A stretch of 64,000 bases of DNA from Candidatus Hadarchaeota archaeon (GTDB taxonomy: Archaea > CAYQAE01 > CAYVLA01), in contig CAZUNO010000003.1 of NCBI GenBank assembly GCA_964621445.1, positions 96,001 through 160,000 of the forward strand, given 5' to 3'. The notes under the pieces were generated by a model. That model did no database searches. It was given only the letters and a program-made list of their open reading frames with translations, and had not been told where the DNA came from. Positions 29,623-39,933 of this stretch are shown in pieces (the first letter of the stretch is position 1; the number at the start of each line of letters is the position of its first letter). A program made the position numbers and the translations under genes.

Positions 29623-29739
29623 CGGATGAAGTTAGGTTACCCGGTCTTATATTGGATTCCAGGAGGAACTTCCAGCGTCACCCAGCCGTCAACGGGGGCA
29701 GGAGAACATAATTATGCACATCCCATCACCCTGGAGATA

Positions 29740-32700
29740 ATGGGACTGCTACATCTATACCGGCAACCCGGCCTTAGCCCGTCCCAGGAGGAAAGCCTCC
29801 TGGACCAGATCAACCAAGAACTCGACCGGGATGTACCATCCCTAGAGACGGAATATTGCTACAATATAGAGCTACAGGACCGTTTATCAGAAGATCAGCA
29901 GCAGGCCTTGAACTGGTTGCTTGCCGAGACATTCAATCCAGGTGGGCTGAGGCGAACTAGCCTCCTGGAGGATGAGGAAAATGTGATAGAGGTGGGACCG
30001 CGAATGAACTTCACGACTGCCTGGTCCACCAACGCTGTGTCCATCTGCCATGCCTGCGGGATCAAAGATATCCAGAGGATCGAGCGCTCGAGACGATATC
30101 TGCTTGAGCTTGATCCACCACTACGAAGAGAGGAGAAGGAAACGATCCTTCCACTTCTCCACGACCGGATGACCGAATGCCACTACCCGCAACCGCTGGA
30201 GACCTTTGAGACCGGCGTTTCACCTAAACCGGTCAGGAGGGTTCCGGTTATTCAGGAGGGGAAGGAAGCGCTTCGACGGATCAACCAGGAGCTCGGGTTG
30301 GCCTTCGACGACTGGGATATCGACTACTATTACCGCCTATTCGCCAAGTACATGGGACGTAACCCCACCGATGTGGAGTGCTTCGACGTAGCCCAATCCA
30401 ACAGCGAGCACTCCCGACACTGGTTCTTCAAGGGAAGGCTGAGTATCGATGGCCAGGAAATGGATAAATCGCTCCTCGATCTAGTCAGGCGAACCCTGAA
30501 GGAAAATCCTTCTAACAGCCTCATAGCCTACCAGGACAACTCCAGTGCCATATCGGGCTTCAAGGTAAGGACCCTTACCCCTAGGGAGCCCGGCCTTCCC
30601 AGCCCCTTTTCGGAGTGCACACCGGAATACAATCCCATATTCACGGCTGAAACCCATAACTTCCCCAGCGGGGTGGCCCCCTTCCCGGGAGCGGAGACCG
30701 GGACCGGGGGGAGAATTCGCGACGTGCACGCAACGGGAAAGGGAGCCCTGGTGGTGGCGGGGACGGCGGCCTACTGCGTTGGAAACCTCCGGGTGCCTGG
30801 CCATCATTTGCCCTGGGAGGACCTGAACTACGATTATCCAGGGGACCTTGCCCAGCCCCTTGAAATAGAGATCGAGGCCAGCAATGGTGCATCGGACTAT
30901 GGGAACAAGTTCGGGGAACCGATAATACAGGGTTATACCAGGTCCTTCGGCCTCACCCTACCAGATGGGAGTCGAAGGGAATGGATAAAACCCATCATGT
31001 TCACCGGAGGGGTAGGACAGCTTGAATCCGGACACGTGGATAAGGGGGACCCGGAGGGCGGGATGCTGATAGTCAAGATCGGGGGACCTGCCTACCGTAT
31101 AGGGATGGGTGGAGGAGCGGCATCTAGCATGATTCACGGCGAGAACGTGGCAGCGCTAGATTTCAACGCCGTTCAGAGGGGGGATGCCGAGATGGAACAA
31201 AAAGTTAACCGGGTAATCCGTGCCTGCGTCGAGCTGGGCCAGGAAAACCCCATCATCAGCATTCATGACCAGGGGGCAGGCGGGAACTGTAATGTGGTGA
31301 AGGAGATAGTTCACCCCGCCGGGGGTAGGGTCGAGATAAGGGACATACTGGTCGGCGATGACACCCTTTCGGTTCTTGAGATATGGGGAGCGGAATACCA
31401 GGAAAACGATGCCATACTCCTTGACCCCCATCAGCTGGAGTTCTTTTCGGAGCTGTGTTCCAGGGAAAAGGTCCCATTCAGCGTTATCGGAAGGGTGACC
31501 GACGATGGAAGGATGGTGGTTCATGATAGAGTAAATCAAACCACCCCCGTCGACCTGGACCTGGAGAAGGTTCTGGGCGAGATGCCGAGAAAGGAATTCC
31601 GTCTAAGATCGCATGAGGAGGATCGGGAAGCCCTGCAACTACCCCCGGATCTGTCGGTCAGGAATGCCCTGAGAAGGGTTCTTAGAGTGCTATCCGTGGG
31701 ATCTAAACGCTTTCTGACCAACAAGGTTGATAGAAGCGTCACCGGGCTCATAGCCCAGCAGCAGTGCGCCGGTCCCTTGCACCTGACGGTCTCCGATGTG
31801 GCGGTAGTTGCCCAGAGCCATTTTGGCCACACGGGAACGGCCATCTCCATCGGGGAACAGCCGATAAAGGGACTGATCGACCCCCCTGCCATGGCCCGTT
31901 TATCCCTGGGGGAGGCCCTGACAAATATCGTCTGGGCCCAGACCACGGGGCTCGAGGACGTTAAGTGCTCTGCCAACTGGATGTGGGCGCCCAAGCTGGA
32001 GGGGGAGGGGGCTAAGATGGTGGAGGCGGCCCGGGCCCTTAGCGACATCATGGTCAAACTTGGTGTAGCCGTGGACGGCGGAAAGGACAGTCTTTCCATG
32101 GCCGCCAACCTCCCAACCGGTGAACGGACGGAGACGGTGATATCTCCCGGATCGCTAACCATCTCCGCATACGTAACATGCAAGGATATCAGGGCGACCA
32201 TAACTCCGGATATCAAGAATCCTGGTCGCAGCGTGCTGATCCTGGTCGACCTGGGGTCGGGTAACGCCAGGCTCGGAGGGTCCGCGCTGGCCCATGCATA
32301 TGGCCAGATAGGCAAGACCTCTCCTGATGTGGAAGACCCCGGTACCCTGGAAAGGGCCTTCCGGGTGACCCAGTCCCTGATCTCCCGACGGATTATCGAG
32401 GCCGGGCATGACCTTAGCGATGGTGGTCTCATTACCACATTACTGGAGATGGCCTTTTCGGGGAACTGTGGATTCACGGTCCATTTGGAGGAGGAAAGGG
32501 AGTCCTGCATCCCCAGGCTTTTTTCCGAGGAGCTCGGTCTGGTGATCGAGGTCCTGTCAAGTAATCAGCAGGAAGTACTGAACGCGTTCCGGAATGCCGA
32601 GGTGCCCTGCAAGGTTCTGGGGACCACAGAAACAAACCGCGAGGTGAGAATCGAGTTTAACGGGGAGGTCGTGCTCTCCGAGAGCATGGAGGTACTCAGG

Positions 32701-33657
32701 GATATCTGGGAGGAAACCAGCTACCAGCTTGAGAGGCTCCAGGCCAACCCCCGATGCGCGGATAGCGAGAGAAGGGCCACCTCCAAACAGGAGCCCCCGC
32801 CCTACAAGGTCAGCTTTGACCCCCGGAGGACGCCATCAAGGGCCTTGTCGAGCCAGCAAAAGCCACGGGTGGCAATCCTGAGGGAGGAGGGCAGCAACGG
32901 GGACAGGGAAATGGCCTCTGCTTTCCACAGCGCTGGATTCGAATCCTGGGACGTTACCATGACCGACCTGCTTGAAGGGAGAATTAACCTGGATATCTTC
33001 CAGGGAATCGCCTTTGTGGGAGGATTCAGCTACGCCGACGTTTTGGACTCAGCCAAAGGCTGGGCGGGCCTCATCAGGTTTAATGAGGACTTATGGGGCC
33101 AGTTCACGGGATTTTACGAGAGAGAAGATACCTTCAGTCTCGGGGTCTGCAACGGCTGTCAGCTAATGGCCCTTCTGGGATGGGTCCCCTGGGCGGGAAT
33201 AGAAAGTGGTAATCAACCCCGGTTCATTAGCAATGAATCGGGAAGGTTCGAGTCCAGGTTTAGCACGGTCAGGATACTCCCCAGTGAATCCATAATGCTC
33301 AGGGGCATGGAAAACTCCGTATTGGGAATATGGGTGGCCCATGGGGAGGGCCGGGCCTACTTTCCTGAACAGGGTATCGAAAAGAGGGTCCTGAAGCGGA
33401 AGCTAGCACCACTGCGATATGTGGACCGGAATGGAGAGATGACCGGGGAGTACCCCTTCAACCCCAATGGATCACCAGAAGGCATTGCCGCCTTGTGCTC
33501 CCCAGATGGCCGGCACCTGACCATGATGCCCCACCCGGAGAGAACATTCCTTAAATGGCAATGGCCCTGGATGCCCCCAGAACTCAAAAAAATGGAAGCC
33601 TCTCCATGGCTTCGTCTCTTCCAAAATGCCATGACCTGGGTTGATGATCACCGATAA
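29740..33657 (+). CDS. purL: Phosphoribosylformylglycinamidine synthase, large single-chain type
   Basis: EVGPR, QSNSEHSRHWFF, ETHNFP, IHDQGAGG, GGKDSLSM, GGFSYAD, LGVCNGCQL and MPHPER in one ~1305 aa chain; ATG 29740 after GGAG. Confidence 0.95.
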   Translation: MGLLHLYRQPGLSPSQEESLLDQINQELDRDVPSLETEYCYNIELQDRLSEDQQQALNWLLAETFNPGGLRRTSLLEDEENVIEVGPRMNFTTAWSTNAVSICHACGIKDIQRIERSRRYLLELDPPLRREEKETILPLLHDRMTECHYPQPLETFETGVSPKPVRRVPVIQEGKEALRRINQELGLAFDDWDIDYYYRLFAKYMGRNPTDVECFDVAQSNSEHSRHWFFKGRLSIDGQEMDKSLLDLVRRTLKENPSNSLIAYQDNSSAISGFKVRTLTPREPGLPSPFSECTPEYNPIFTAETHNFPSGVAPFPGAETGTGGRIRDVHATGKGALVVAGTAAYCVGNLRVPGHHLPWEDLNYDYPGDLAQPLEIEIEASNGASDYGNKFGEPIIQGYTRSFGLTLPDGSRREWIKPIMFTGGVGQLESGHVDKGDPEGGMLIVKIGGPAYRIGMGGGAASSMIHGENVAALDFNAVQRGDAEMEQKVNRVIRACVELGQENPIISIHDQGAGGNCNVVKEIVHPAGGRVEIRDILVGDDTLSVLEIWGAEYQENDAILLDPHQLEFFSELCSREKVPFSVIGRVTDDGRMVVHDRVNQTTPVDLDLEKVLGEMPRKEFRLRSHEEDREALQLPPDLSVRNALRRVLRVLSVGSKRFLTNKVDRSVTGLIAQQQCAGPLHLTVSDVAVVAQSHFGHTGTAISIGEQPIKGLIDPPAMARLSLGEALTNIVWAQTTGLEDVKCSANWMWAPKLEGEGAKMVEAARALSDIMVKLGVAVDGGKDSLSMAANLPTGERTETVISPGSLTISAYVTCKDIRATITPDIKNPGRSVLILVDLGSGNARLGGSALAHAYGQIGKTSPDVEDPGTLERAFRVTQSLISRRIIEAGHDLSDGGLITTLLEMAFSGNCGFTVHLEEERESCIPRLFSEELGLVIEVLSSNQQEVLNAFRNAEVPCKVLGTTETNREVRIEFNGEVVLSESMEVLRDIWEETSYQLERLQANPRCADSERRATSKQEPPPYKVSFDPRRTPSRALSSQQKPRVAILREEGSNGDREMASAFHSAGFESWDVTMTDLLEGRINLDIFQGIAFVGGFSYADVLDSAKGWAGLIRFNEDLWGQFTGFYEREDTFSLGVCNGCQLMALLGWVPWAGIESGNQPRFISNESGRFESRFSTVRILPSESIMLRGMENSVLGIWVAHGEGRAYFPEQGIEKRVLKRKLAPLRYVDRNGEMTGEYPFNPNGSPEGIAALCSPDGRHLTMMPHPERTFLKWQWPWMPPELKKMEASPWLRLFQNAMTWVDDHR

Positions 33658-33668
33658 ATTTCATGCAC

Positions 33669-33863
33669 CTATATCCAGGAGCCCCTCGCCTTTCTTAGTC
33701 CCTCACGCCTGGACCTGAGTCTGAGGGCCCCGGCGATACGAAGCATCTCGCCACAGGAGGTACATGACCAGTCCGGCGTTGGTTCCGTAAACGTCCTTCC
33801 GCACCGAGGACAGGCATACCTCAGATCCTCATCCTCCCCCTCGGACGGCATATTGAAATCCAT
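33669..33863 (-). CDS. Small Zn-ribbon protein
   Basis: YACPRCG..WSCTSCG; GGGGGTGAG SD before ATG 33863. Confidence 0.6.
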   Translation of the reverse strand: MDFNMPSEGEDEDLRYACPRCGRTFTEPTPDWSCTSCGEMLRIAGALRLRSRREGLRKARGSWI

Positions 33864-34078
33864 TTGGCTACTCACCCCCCTTTGCCCTTCTTTCTGTAAA
33901 GGTAAGCAGGCATTCAATGTCAGTGAACTCGGTTGCCTCTTTTCTCAAACAACCGGCGTATAAGACCATGTCATCTTCGCTGATATGCCATTATTTATTA
34001 ATATTGCGTTTATTATTTGAAAATAATGTAAATATTACTTGAATATGGACTACTTTTTCCGGTTGCTACGTATAGATT

Positions 34079-34387
34079 TCAGCCCTTGCGGAAACCGAGG
34101 TAGGCCCCGGCCCCGAATGCCCCAAAAACCGAAAGCGAGACCACGGCCGTGGACCAGTAGGATTCGACCTGCTGGAAGAGCAGGGCCACTATCTCGTCCG
34201 CAGAACGTCCCAGATCCCGGTTAATCTCTACAAACCCCTGTTGCTGGAGGTAGATTAGGGAAGCACAATAAATGCCCATCACTATCAGTAAGTATTTCAT
34301 AAGCTTCTTGGCCACGAATCCAGTGGCGAAACCGATAATGCCCCAACCCCCAATGCTGGGGAGATGGGAGAACATTTCGCTGGACAT
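34079..34387 (-). CDS. FUN14 family membrane protein
   Basis: GIIGFATGFVAKK..YLQQQGFVEIN..FGAGAYLGF. Confidence 0.85.
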   Translation of the reverse strand: MSSEMFSHLPSIGGWGIIGFATGFVAKKLMKYLLIVMGIYCASLIYLQQQGFVEINRDLGRSADEIVALLFQQVESYWSTAVVSLSVFGAFGAGAYLGFRKG

Positions 34388-34564
34388 GATCTGTAAATTA
34401 GACTCCCATATTAATAATGTTTACTGTTAATTGCAATATTTAGACCCCAGGGGTGAATTTTTTGCATATATAATGATAAATACCCCGCGGTTTTCCGAAT
34501 GTTTTCCTTTTAGAAAGGGGGATCAAATATATCTTTGACCCTTCTCAACATATGGGGAGACCAA

Positions 34565-35230
34565 TTGAAAATCGCTATCAAGATCGGGGGCTCCATTTCC
34601 ATCAACGGGGAGGGTCCTCGGAAGGATTTTGTATCAAAATTTGCAGAGGTCGTCCGTGACATATCCTTCGATACTCTATGCGTTGGAATTGGAGGGGGGA
34701 AGTTGGCCAGAAACTACCTGCAGGCAATTGAACCCTTCCTCAACGACCAGGAATCGGAATTGGTCGTCCTGGACATTCTCAGGGCAAATACCAGGTTCAT
34801 GGCCTCGGTTCTTGGAGGACGGGCCGTTCTGGATGAATCCTCTCTAAACCTGCTTTCCAGAGGCCAGGACGGCATTCTGGTCATCGGAGGAATCAAGCCA
34901 GGAAGAAGCACAGATGCAAATACCGCTCTCCTGGGCGAGAAGGTCGGCGTTGACCTATTTGTAAAGATGACCAACGTGCGGGGGGTCTTCGATGCGGACC
35001 CCGCGTCCGACCCCGGCGCCCAGCTCATCAGGAGGATGACCTACGACCAGCTATACGAGCTTTCCATCGAGGGGAGCCCCGGTAGTTATGGAATACTGGA
35101 CCGTCTAGCAATTGATGTACTCAAGCGGTCGGGAATACCCACCCGTATCATCGATGGTCGGCGACCGAAGGGGCTAAAGATGGTCCTGGAAGGCAAGGAC
35201 CTAGGAACCCTGGTGCTCCCCGAGGATTAG
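34565..35230 (+). CDS. pyrH: UMP kinase
   Basis: IKIGGS, GGGKLARNY, PGRSTDA, TNV.GVFDADP and ILD.LA. Confidence 0.9.
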   Translation: MKIAIKIGGSISINGEGPRKDFVSKFAEVVRDISFDTLCVGIGGGKLARNYLQAIEPFLNDQESELVVLDILRANTRFMASVLGGRAVLDESSLNLLSRGQDGILVIGGIKPGRSTDANTALLGEKVGVDLFVKMTNVRGVFDADPASDPGAQLIRRMTYDQLYELSIEGSPGSYGILDRLAIDVLKRSGIPTRIIDGRRPKGLKMVLEGKDLGTLVLPED

Positions 35231-35240
35231 GGCCCCTGTC

Positions 35241-36242
35241 TTACTTCTCGGAGGCTGCCCGGTTTATGGCGACCTCCGCTATATCGGTCCCATAATCCCC
35301 TATTCTCTCCAGGCTCTCAATTACCGAATTCAGGGTTACGCTGATGTTCGGCTCTAGCTTGGACAGCATCTGCTTGAACCGTTCGCTTCGCTCCCCCAGG
35401 TCCTTTCTGAGGTTCAGTGATTTATTGGCTAGTTCTAAATCACCATCCAAGAGCGCCCTCACGGCCCCCTCATGAATTTCTCGTGCCGATTCGTTTAGAA
35501 GCCTCAATTCCGCCTTTTCCCTTCCATCCAATTTTCCGATAAGCTTAAGGACATTCCTGGCCATTTTCTCCCCGTGATCCGCGATATGCTCAATTCTCCT
35601 GGCAACTGACTGTAAATCAAGGCACTCTATAGGCTTAAGGCGCAGGGAGGCCGAGGTGGCAGGATTGGATGCAGCCTTTCGCAACTGGCGTAGATTCAGG
35701 AAATGGAGGCGATCCACATCATCGTCCCGGTCAATTGCCTCTTTTGCCAGGTCGGGATTATCCGTAACCAGGGCCTCCATCGCATCCTCCTGCATCTTAG
35801 CGGCGACATTGTGGGTTCTGGCGATTCCACGCCAGACATCTACATCCCTCATGTCGATCAGGCCCTCCAACAGGTACCTGTCCCCGGACTTCTCGATTAT
35901 CTCCAGGCCAACCAACTTCCTTTGAACGCCCTCAATGGCCTCCTTCTGGCCGGAGGAAAAGCCCGAGTCCGAAATTAAGGTAATGGCGTCGCAACCATTC
36001 AGGTAGCTGGAAATTATCCCTCTAGCTAGCGAGCGCTCCGGGGTTCTGCTCGAAACCTCTATAGTCCTCTTCCTAACGGGGTCCAAATCTCCAGCGTGGG
36101 GCACGATGACAATGGTCCCGTCCATTTGAGCGATCAGGCTTACCGGTACCTGCTTCTTCAAGCCTACTCGCCTGGCCCAATCCTTCGGCAGGGAAATGGC
36201 GTAGGTTGAACCGCCTATAAGTTGAACCCTTCTTTTATCCAA
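35241..36242 (-). CDS. phoU: Phosphate-uptake regulator (AbrB + PhoU domains)
   Basis: RRVQLIGGSTYAISLPKDW, DDDVDRL, IEHIADH and LERIGDY. Confidence 0.9.
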   Translation of the reverse strand: MDKRRVQLIGGSTYAISLPKDWARRVGLKKQVPVSLIAQMDGTIVIVPHAGDLDPVRKRTIEVSSRTPERSLARGIISSYLNGCDAITLISDSGFSSGQKEAIEGVQRKLVGLEIIEKSGDRYLLEGLIDMRDVDVWRGIARTHNVAAKMQEDAMEALVTDNPDLAKEAIDRDDDVDRLHFLNLRQLRKAASNPATSASLRLKPIECLDLQSVARRIEHIADHGEKMARNVLKLIGKLDGREKAELRLLNESAREIHEGAVRALLDGDLELANKSLNLRKDLGERSERFKQMLSKLEPNISVTLNSVIESLERIGDYGTDIAEVAINRAASEK

Positions 36243-36270
36243 TAAAATATACTCCTATATTGATCTATAA

Positions 36271-37287
36271 TTAATAGTGATAGTAAAAACTTTTCGTCCA
36301 TCTACCCCTGCAATCACATTCAAGGGCTTTTAGCTGGGAGGGGTCCTGGCTCAATGAAAAGTCCCGAACCATCTGCTTTCCCTTGCTGCTGCACTTTCGA
36401 CAGTTGTGTGGGCCCCTTCTGGTCCCGAATGCTACGGTGTCGCATATCAGGTTCTTGCTGGGATCGAGGGCATCCCGGGCGGAGCGCAAGATTCTCAAGA
36501 CCGTCCAGATCCAGGGAGGTCGATAGTTACCTCTCTTATAAAGACTCTCCACCAAGGTCCCCTTCTGGACGTTGCATGCGTTTATGGAGATTGAATCCGA
36601 ATACTCCGCCGATTCTTCAACGCTTTTTACCGTGTCGTAGGCCGCGTCGAATTCGCTCAGAAATGGCGGTTTGACTAAAAGATAGGTTTTAACCCGGGCT
36701 CCCGAGTTTCTTACCACAATGGACTTTTTTCTAAATCTCTCGAATGTGAATCCCTTCCCTATGCAGTTCTTTCTGACCCAATCACTCGAAGATTCCAGGC
36801 CCATAGCCACCTCGATCTCCAGGTCAGGGAGCCCCGAGACCAGTCCAGAAACCAGGGAGGACTCTATAAATTCGGGTCTTGATTCCACGGTGAGTTCGGA
36901 AAGCCCACTGACCCCCCTTAGCTCCTGGATCAGGTAATCCCTGGCCTCCCCCCTCACCTCTCGGGTATCAAAGAAGCTACCAGAGGTGAAAATCTTGAGT
37001 CCAAATGGCCCCTTAGATGCCGGTAAGATTGCCAGCATCTCGTCCACCTGGGCCTTTAGCTCCTCTACCTCGACCTCTCGACCGCAGGTATCCGCTATAT
37101 ATCCACACATCGAACAGCCGCCGGTTTCACGTGCCCATCGACAACCGCCCGTATCAAGTATGGCGTAATAGATGACCCCGGGGCCGTGAAACATCCTGTC
37201 CCGTGCGGACCAGAAGCTAGGGTTGATCTCGTCCCTGGTTCTCACCTCTCTAATCCTGCTGATGCGTTCCCTGATATTACTCGACAG
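36271..37287 (-). CDS. Archaeosine biosynthesis radical SAM protein RaSEA (TIGR01210-like)
   Basis: GCRW..GGCSMCGY, FTSGSFFD, ESRPEF, YRPPW.W and GPHNC. Start uncertain: GTG 37245 or CTG 37287 after GAGGAG. Confidence 0.85.
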   Translation of the reverse strand: MSSNIRERISRIREVRTRDEINPSFWSARDRMFHGPGVIYYAILDTGGCRWARETGGCSMCGYIADTCGREVEVEELKAQVDEMLAILPASKGPFGLKIFTSGSFFDTREVRGEARDYLIQELRGVSGLSELTVESRPEFIESSLVSGLVSGLPDLEIEVAMGLESSSDWVRKNCIGKGFTFERFRKKSIVVRNSGARVKTYLLVKPPFLSEFDAAYDTVKSVEESAEYSDSISINACNVQKGTLVESLYKRGNYRPPWIWTVLRILRSARDALDPSKNLICDTVAFGTRRGPHNCRKCSSKGKQMVRDFSLSQDPSQLKALECDCRGRWTKSFYYHY

Positions 37288-37374
37288 GTGTTTCTCCTCT
37301 GATCCGAATGGATGCGGTCCTCCAGTTCTGAAGGTGAGAGTTAAAGGAGTTATATCTTTTCAAGTAACGTACCC

Positions 37375-38664
37375 ATGCCCAGCATTTTCCACTTCGAACT
37401 CAACCGACCTTCGAGAATGGACAAGCTTCTAGGTCAAGTTATATCCTCAGCCCAGACACCAGCTTCCCTTGAAGTATCGGGTTTCGTGGGGAAGGAATCC
37501 TTCTCCGGAACCGTGGACTGCCCTTCCATCCCCCGTGGGAGATGGGGAACAGGCGCCATCCAGCTCGGCAGCCCCCTGGAAACCGGTTTTCTGTTACATG
37601 ACCAGGCCGGACCTGGTGAGGGGCATGGCGATTTACCTTCCCTGGTCGAGTCCCGTGCCATCTACGGCCCGGAATCCCCGTTATTTGGCACCTTTATCCT
37701 CAGAAGCTCCGATGGTAATTATATAGGGAGGGATGTATTGGGAACCCGTCCCCTTTTCTCCGGCAAGGGTAAGGGAACTGCATTTGGAAGTGAACCACGG
37801 GTTCTAAAAGAACTGGGATTTGGGGACATACGGAACTTTCCCCCGGGAAAGATACTTGATAGTTCGGGCAGGAGACGTGAACTGTCCTCGCAAATACAGA
37901 TACCTGACCATAGATCGGTCAATCTAAAAGGGCTAATCGATAGACTCTACTGGTTTCTCGAATCCACGCCCTCCCCCCGAGCCATCTTTTTTTCAGGAGG
38001 GATTGACAGCCTTATCCTGGCGAAGATCTCGGAGGAAACCGGGGAAACAATCCTGATCACTGCAGGGGTGCCTGGTTGTAAGGACTTCTCCGGAGCCAGA
38101 GCAGCCTCAAAAATACTCTCCAGCGACCTACAACTGGTCAAAATCGATCCGTGTGATATTCCAAATGATGTGGATGATATGGTCCCAATTATCCATGACC
38201 AGAATAAAATGAACCTGGCAATATGCCTTCCCATTTTACATGCCGCGGGGGCCTGCTCGAATCAGGGGATCGAGCATGCCATTACCGGTCAGGGTGCCGA
38301 TGAACTGTTTGGAGGATATCACAAGTATCTCTCCAAACCGAAATACGAGAGATCGATGTTCACTGACCTGTTCAACCTGCACGAGAGGGGGATGGATGCA
38401 TGCGATCTAGCTTCCCGGGCGAGGGGTGTAAGGCTGTTCCTTCCCTACCTTGACCGGGAATTCATCAAGACCACCCTCCATTTACCTCCCGGGATGAAGA
38501 TAGATAATGATAAGAGAAAGGTCGCTCTCAGAAAGATAGCTAAGAAGCTAGACATTCCCCAGGCCCTTTCTTCAACCAAAAAACGGGCCATGCAGTACGG
38601 TTCAGGGGTAAACAAGTATGTGAAAAAATATCTCAGGAGGAATGGAACTGGAAAGCGACCTTGA
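37375..38664 (+). CDS. Asparagine-synthetase-like protein with degenerate glutaminase domain
   Basis: GRDVLGTRPLF, FSGGIDS, TGQGADELFGGY and KKRAMQYGSG; no N-terminal Cys; start uncertain. Confidence 0.75.
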   Translation: MPSIFHFELNRPSRMDKLLGQVISSAQTPASLEVSGFVGKESFSGTVDCPSIPRGRWGTGAIQLGSPLETGFLLHDQAGPGEGHGDLPSLVESRAIYGPESPLFGTFILRSSDGNYIGRDVLGTRPLFSGKGKGTAFGSEPRVLKELGFGDIRNFPPGKILDSSGRRRELSSQIQIPDHRSVNLKGLIDRLYWFLESTPSPRAIFFSGGIDSLILAKISEETGETILITAGVPGCKDFSGARAASKILSSDLQLVKIDPCDIPNDVDDMVPIIHDQNKMNLAICLPILHAAGACSNQGIEHAITGQGADELFGGYHKYLSKPKYERSMFTDLFNLHERGMDACDLASRARGVRLFLPYLDREFIKTTLHLPPGMKIDNDKRKVALRKIAKKLDIPQALSSTKKRAMQYGSGVNKYVKKYLRRNGTGKRP

Positions 38665-39214
38665 CGATTCACAAAAGAAAATCCTGGCCCTGAGCCGGGA
38701 GCACGGACTTTCAGCTATACAAAGGATACTGCTTGGGCATGATGGATCAATGACCCGGCTTCTTGAACTGGCCAGCGGCCACCAGGTCTTTTTACATACC
38801 CTGAAGCAGGTGGTTATACCCTGTCCGGCCGACATATCAAAGATCCTACAGATTTCTCCTCAAGAGAGGGTTAACGAGAGAGAGATAGTAATGAAACGAG
38901 ATGCTGATGACCGCCCGCTACTTCATGCCATATCCTATACACCCCTTTCAAGACTTGAAAAGAGGTTCAGGTCCGACCTCATGAAGGCCGACATCCCCAT
39001 AGGACGCCTAATGCAGAGATATAACATGGAAGCGAGGAGAGAAATCACCGAGGTCGGTCTGGAGAGGGAGAATGAACGTCTATCCCATATTTTGGACTGT
39101 GAGGGCCCCTTTCTCTGGAGGTCGTACATCATATTCAAAGACGAGATACCCCTGATAACCATTCATGAATCCTTCTCGACCGATGTCATCTCCAGTGCCC
39201 GCGAAAGCACTTAA
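38642..39214 (+). CDS. Chorismate pyruvate-lyase family (DUF98/UbiC-like)
   Basis: RILL.HDGSMTRLLE, L.KADIPIG.L..EARREI, WRSY and I.E.F. Confidence 0.8.
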   Translation: MELESDLDDSQKKILALSREHGLSAIQRILLGHDGSMTRLLELASGHQVFLHTLKQVVIPCPADISKILQISPQERVNEREIVMKRDADDRPLLHAISYTPLSRLEKRFRSDLMKADIPIGRLMQRYNMEARREITEVGLERENERLSHILDCEGPFLWRSYIIFKDEIPLITIHESFSTDVISSAREST

Positions 39215-39249
39215 ATCGGCCAGATATGGCTTGGATGTGAGGAATCTAT

Positions 39250-39933
39250 TTGGATATTGGAAGGAGAAGGGACCTCCACATGCACACCATCCTTAGCGAT
39301 GGAGGTATGATCGCCTCTGAGGTCGCTCGCAGGGCCGAGAACCTCGACCACGCATTGATAGCCATTACCGATCACGTTGACAAGTCCAATATCGATATCT
39401 GTCTCTCGGGACTACTGGACGCTTTGGCCGACATCAATTCCCTATCTGAAATATCCGTGCTGGCCGGGGTGGAAATCACCCACGTTCCACCAGCGACCAT
39501 AGATGAAATCGCCAGGCAGGCCAAGTATAAAGGGGCAAATATAGTGGTCGTGCACGGCGAAACCGTGGCCGAGCCGGTCCAGCCGGGAACCAACGCCGCG
39601 GCCGTAAACTCCCCCTATGTGGATATCCTTGCCCACCCCGGCTTGATCTCTCCCGAAGTGGCTCAAACGGCCAGGGAAAACGAGGTTTACATCGAACTGA
39701 CGGCTAAGGCAGGGCACGACAAGACCAACCCGCACGTAGCCAAGGTATGCCGCGAATGCGGTGCCAAGATGGTGGTAAATACCGACCTCCATTCTCCAGA
39801 TGATTTCATCTCTCAAACGGAGGCACTGGAAATTGCGCTAGCGGCGGGCCTGGACAGAAAACAAGCCATTCAAACGGTAAGGGAAAATCCCATTGAGCTA
39901 TCTAGTCGTGCTGCCCTTCATTTCCGTCGATAG
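39250..39933 (+). CDS. PHP-domain phosphoesterase (histidinol phosphate phosphatase-like)
   Basis: DLHMHT..SDG, ITDH, GVEITHVPP, VHGET, LAHPG and TDLH. Confidence 0.88.
   Translation: MDIGRRRDLHMHTILSDGGMIASEVARRAENLDHALIAITDHVDKSNIDICLSGLLDALADINSLSEISVLAGVEITHVPPATIDEIARQAKYKGANIVVVHGETVAEPVQPGTNAAAVNSPYVDILAHPGLISPEVAQTARENEVYIELTAKAGHDKTNPHVAKVCRECGAKMVVNTDLHSPDDFISQTEALEIALAAGLDRKQAIQTVRENPIELSSRAALHFRR

Noticed and set aside
29536-29739. N-terminal extension of PurL given by the ORF track
   Set aside because: It overlaps the divergent DUF362 gene and its promoter region. PurL-like sequence begins at ATG 29740, which has an SD.
31536-32510. Long antisense ORFs (324 aa here; also 5834-6562, 57926-58675, 54295-54927)
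   Set aside because: They are shadows of well-supported genes on the opposite strand, with no motifs of their own
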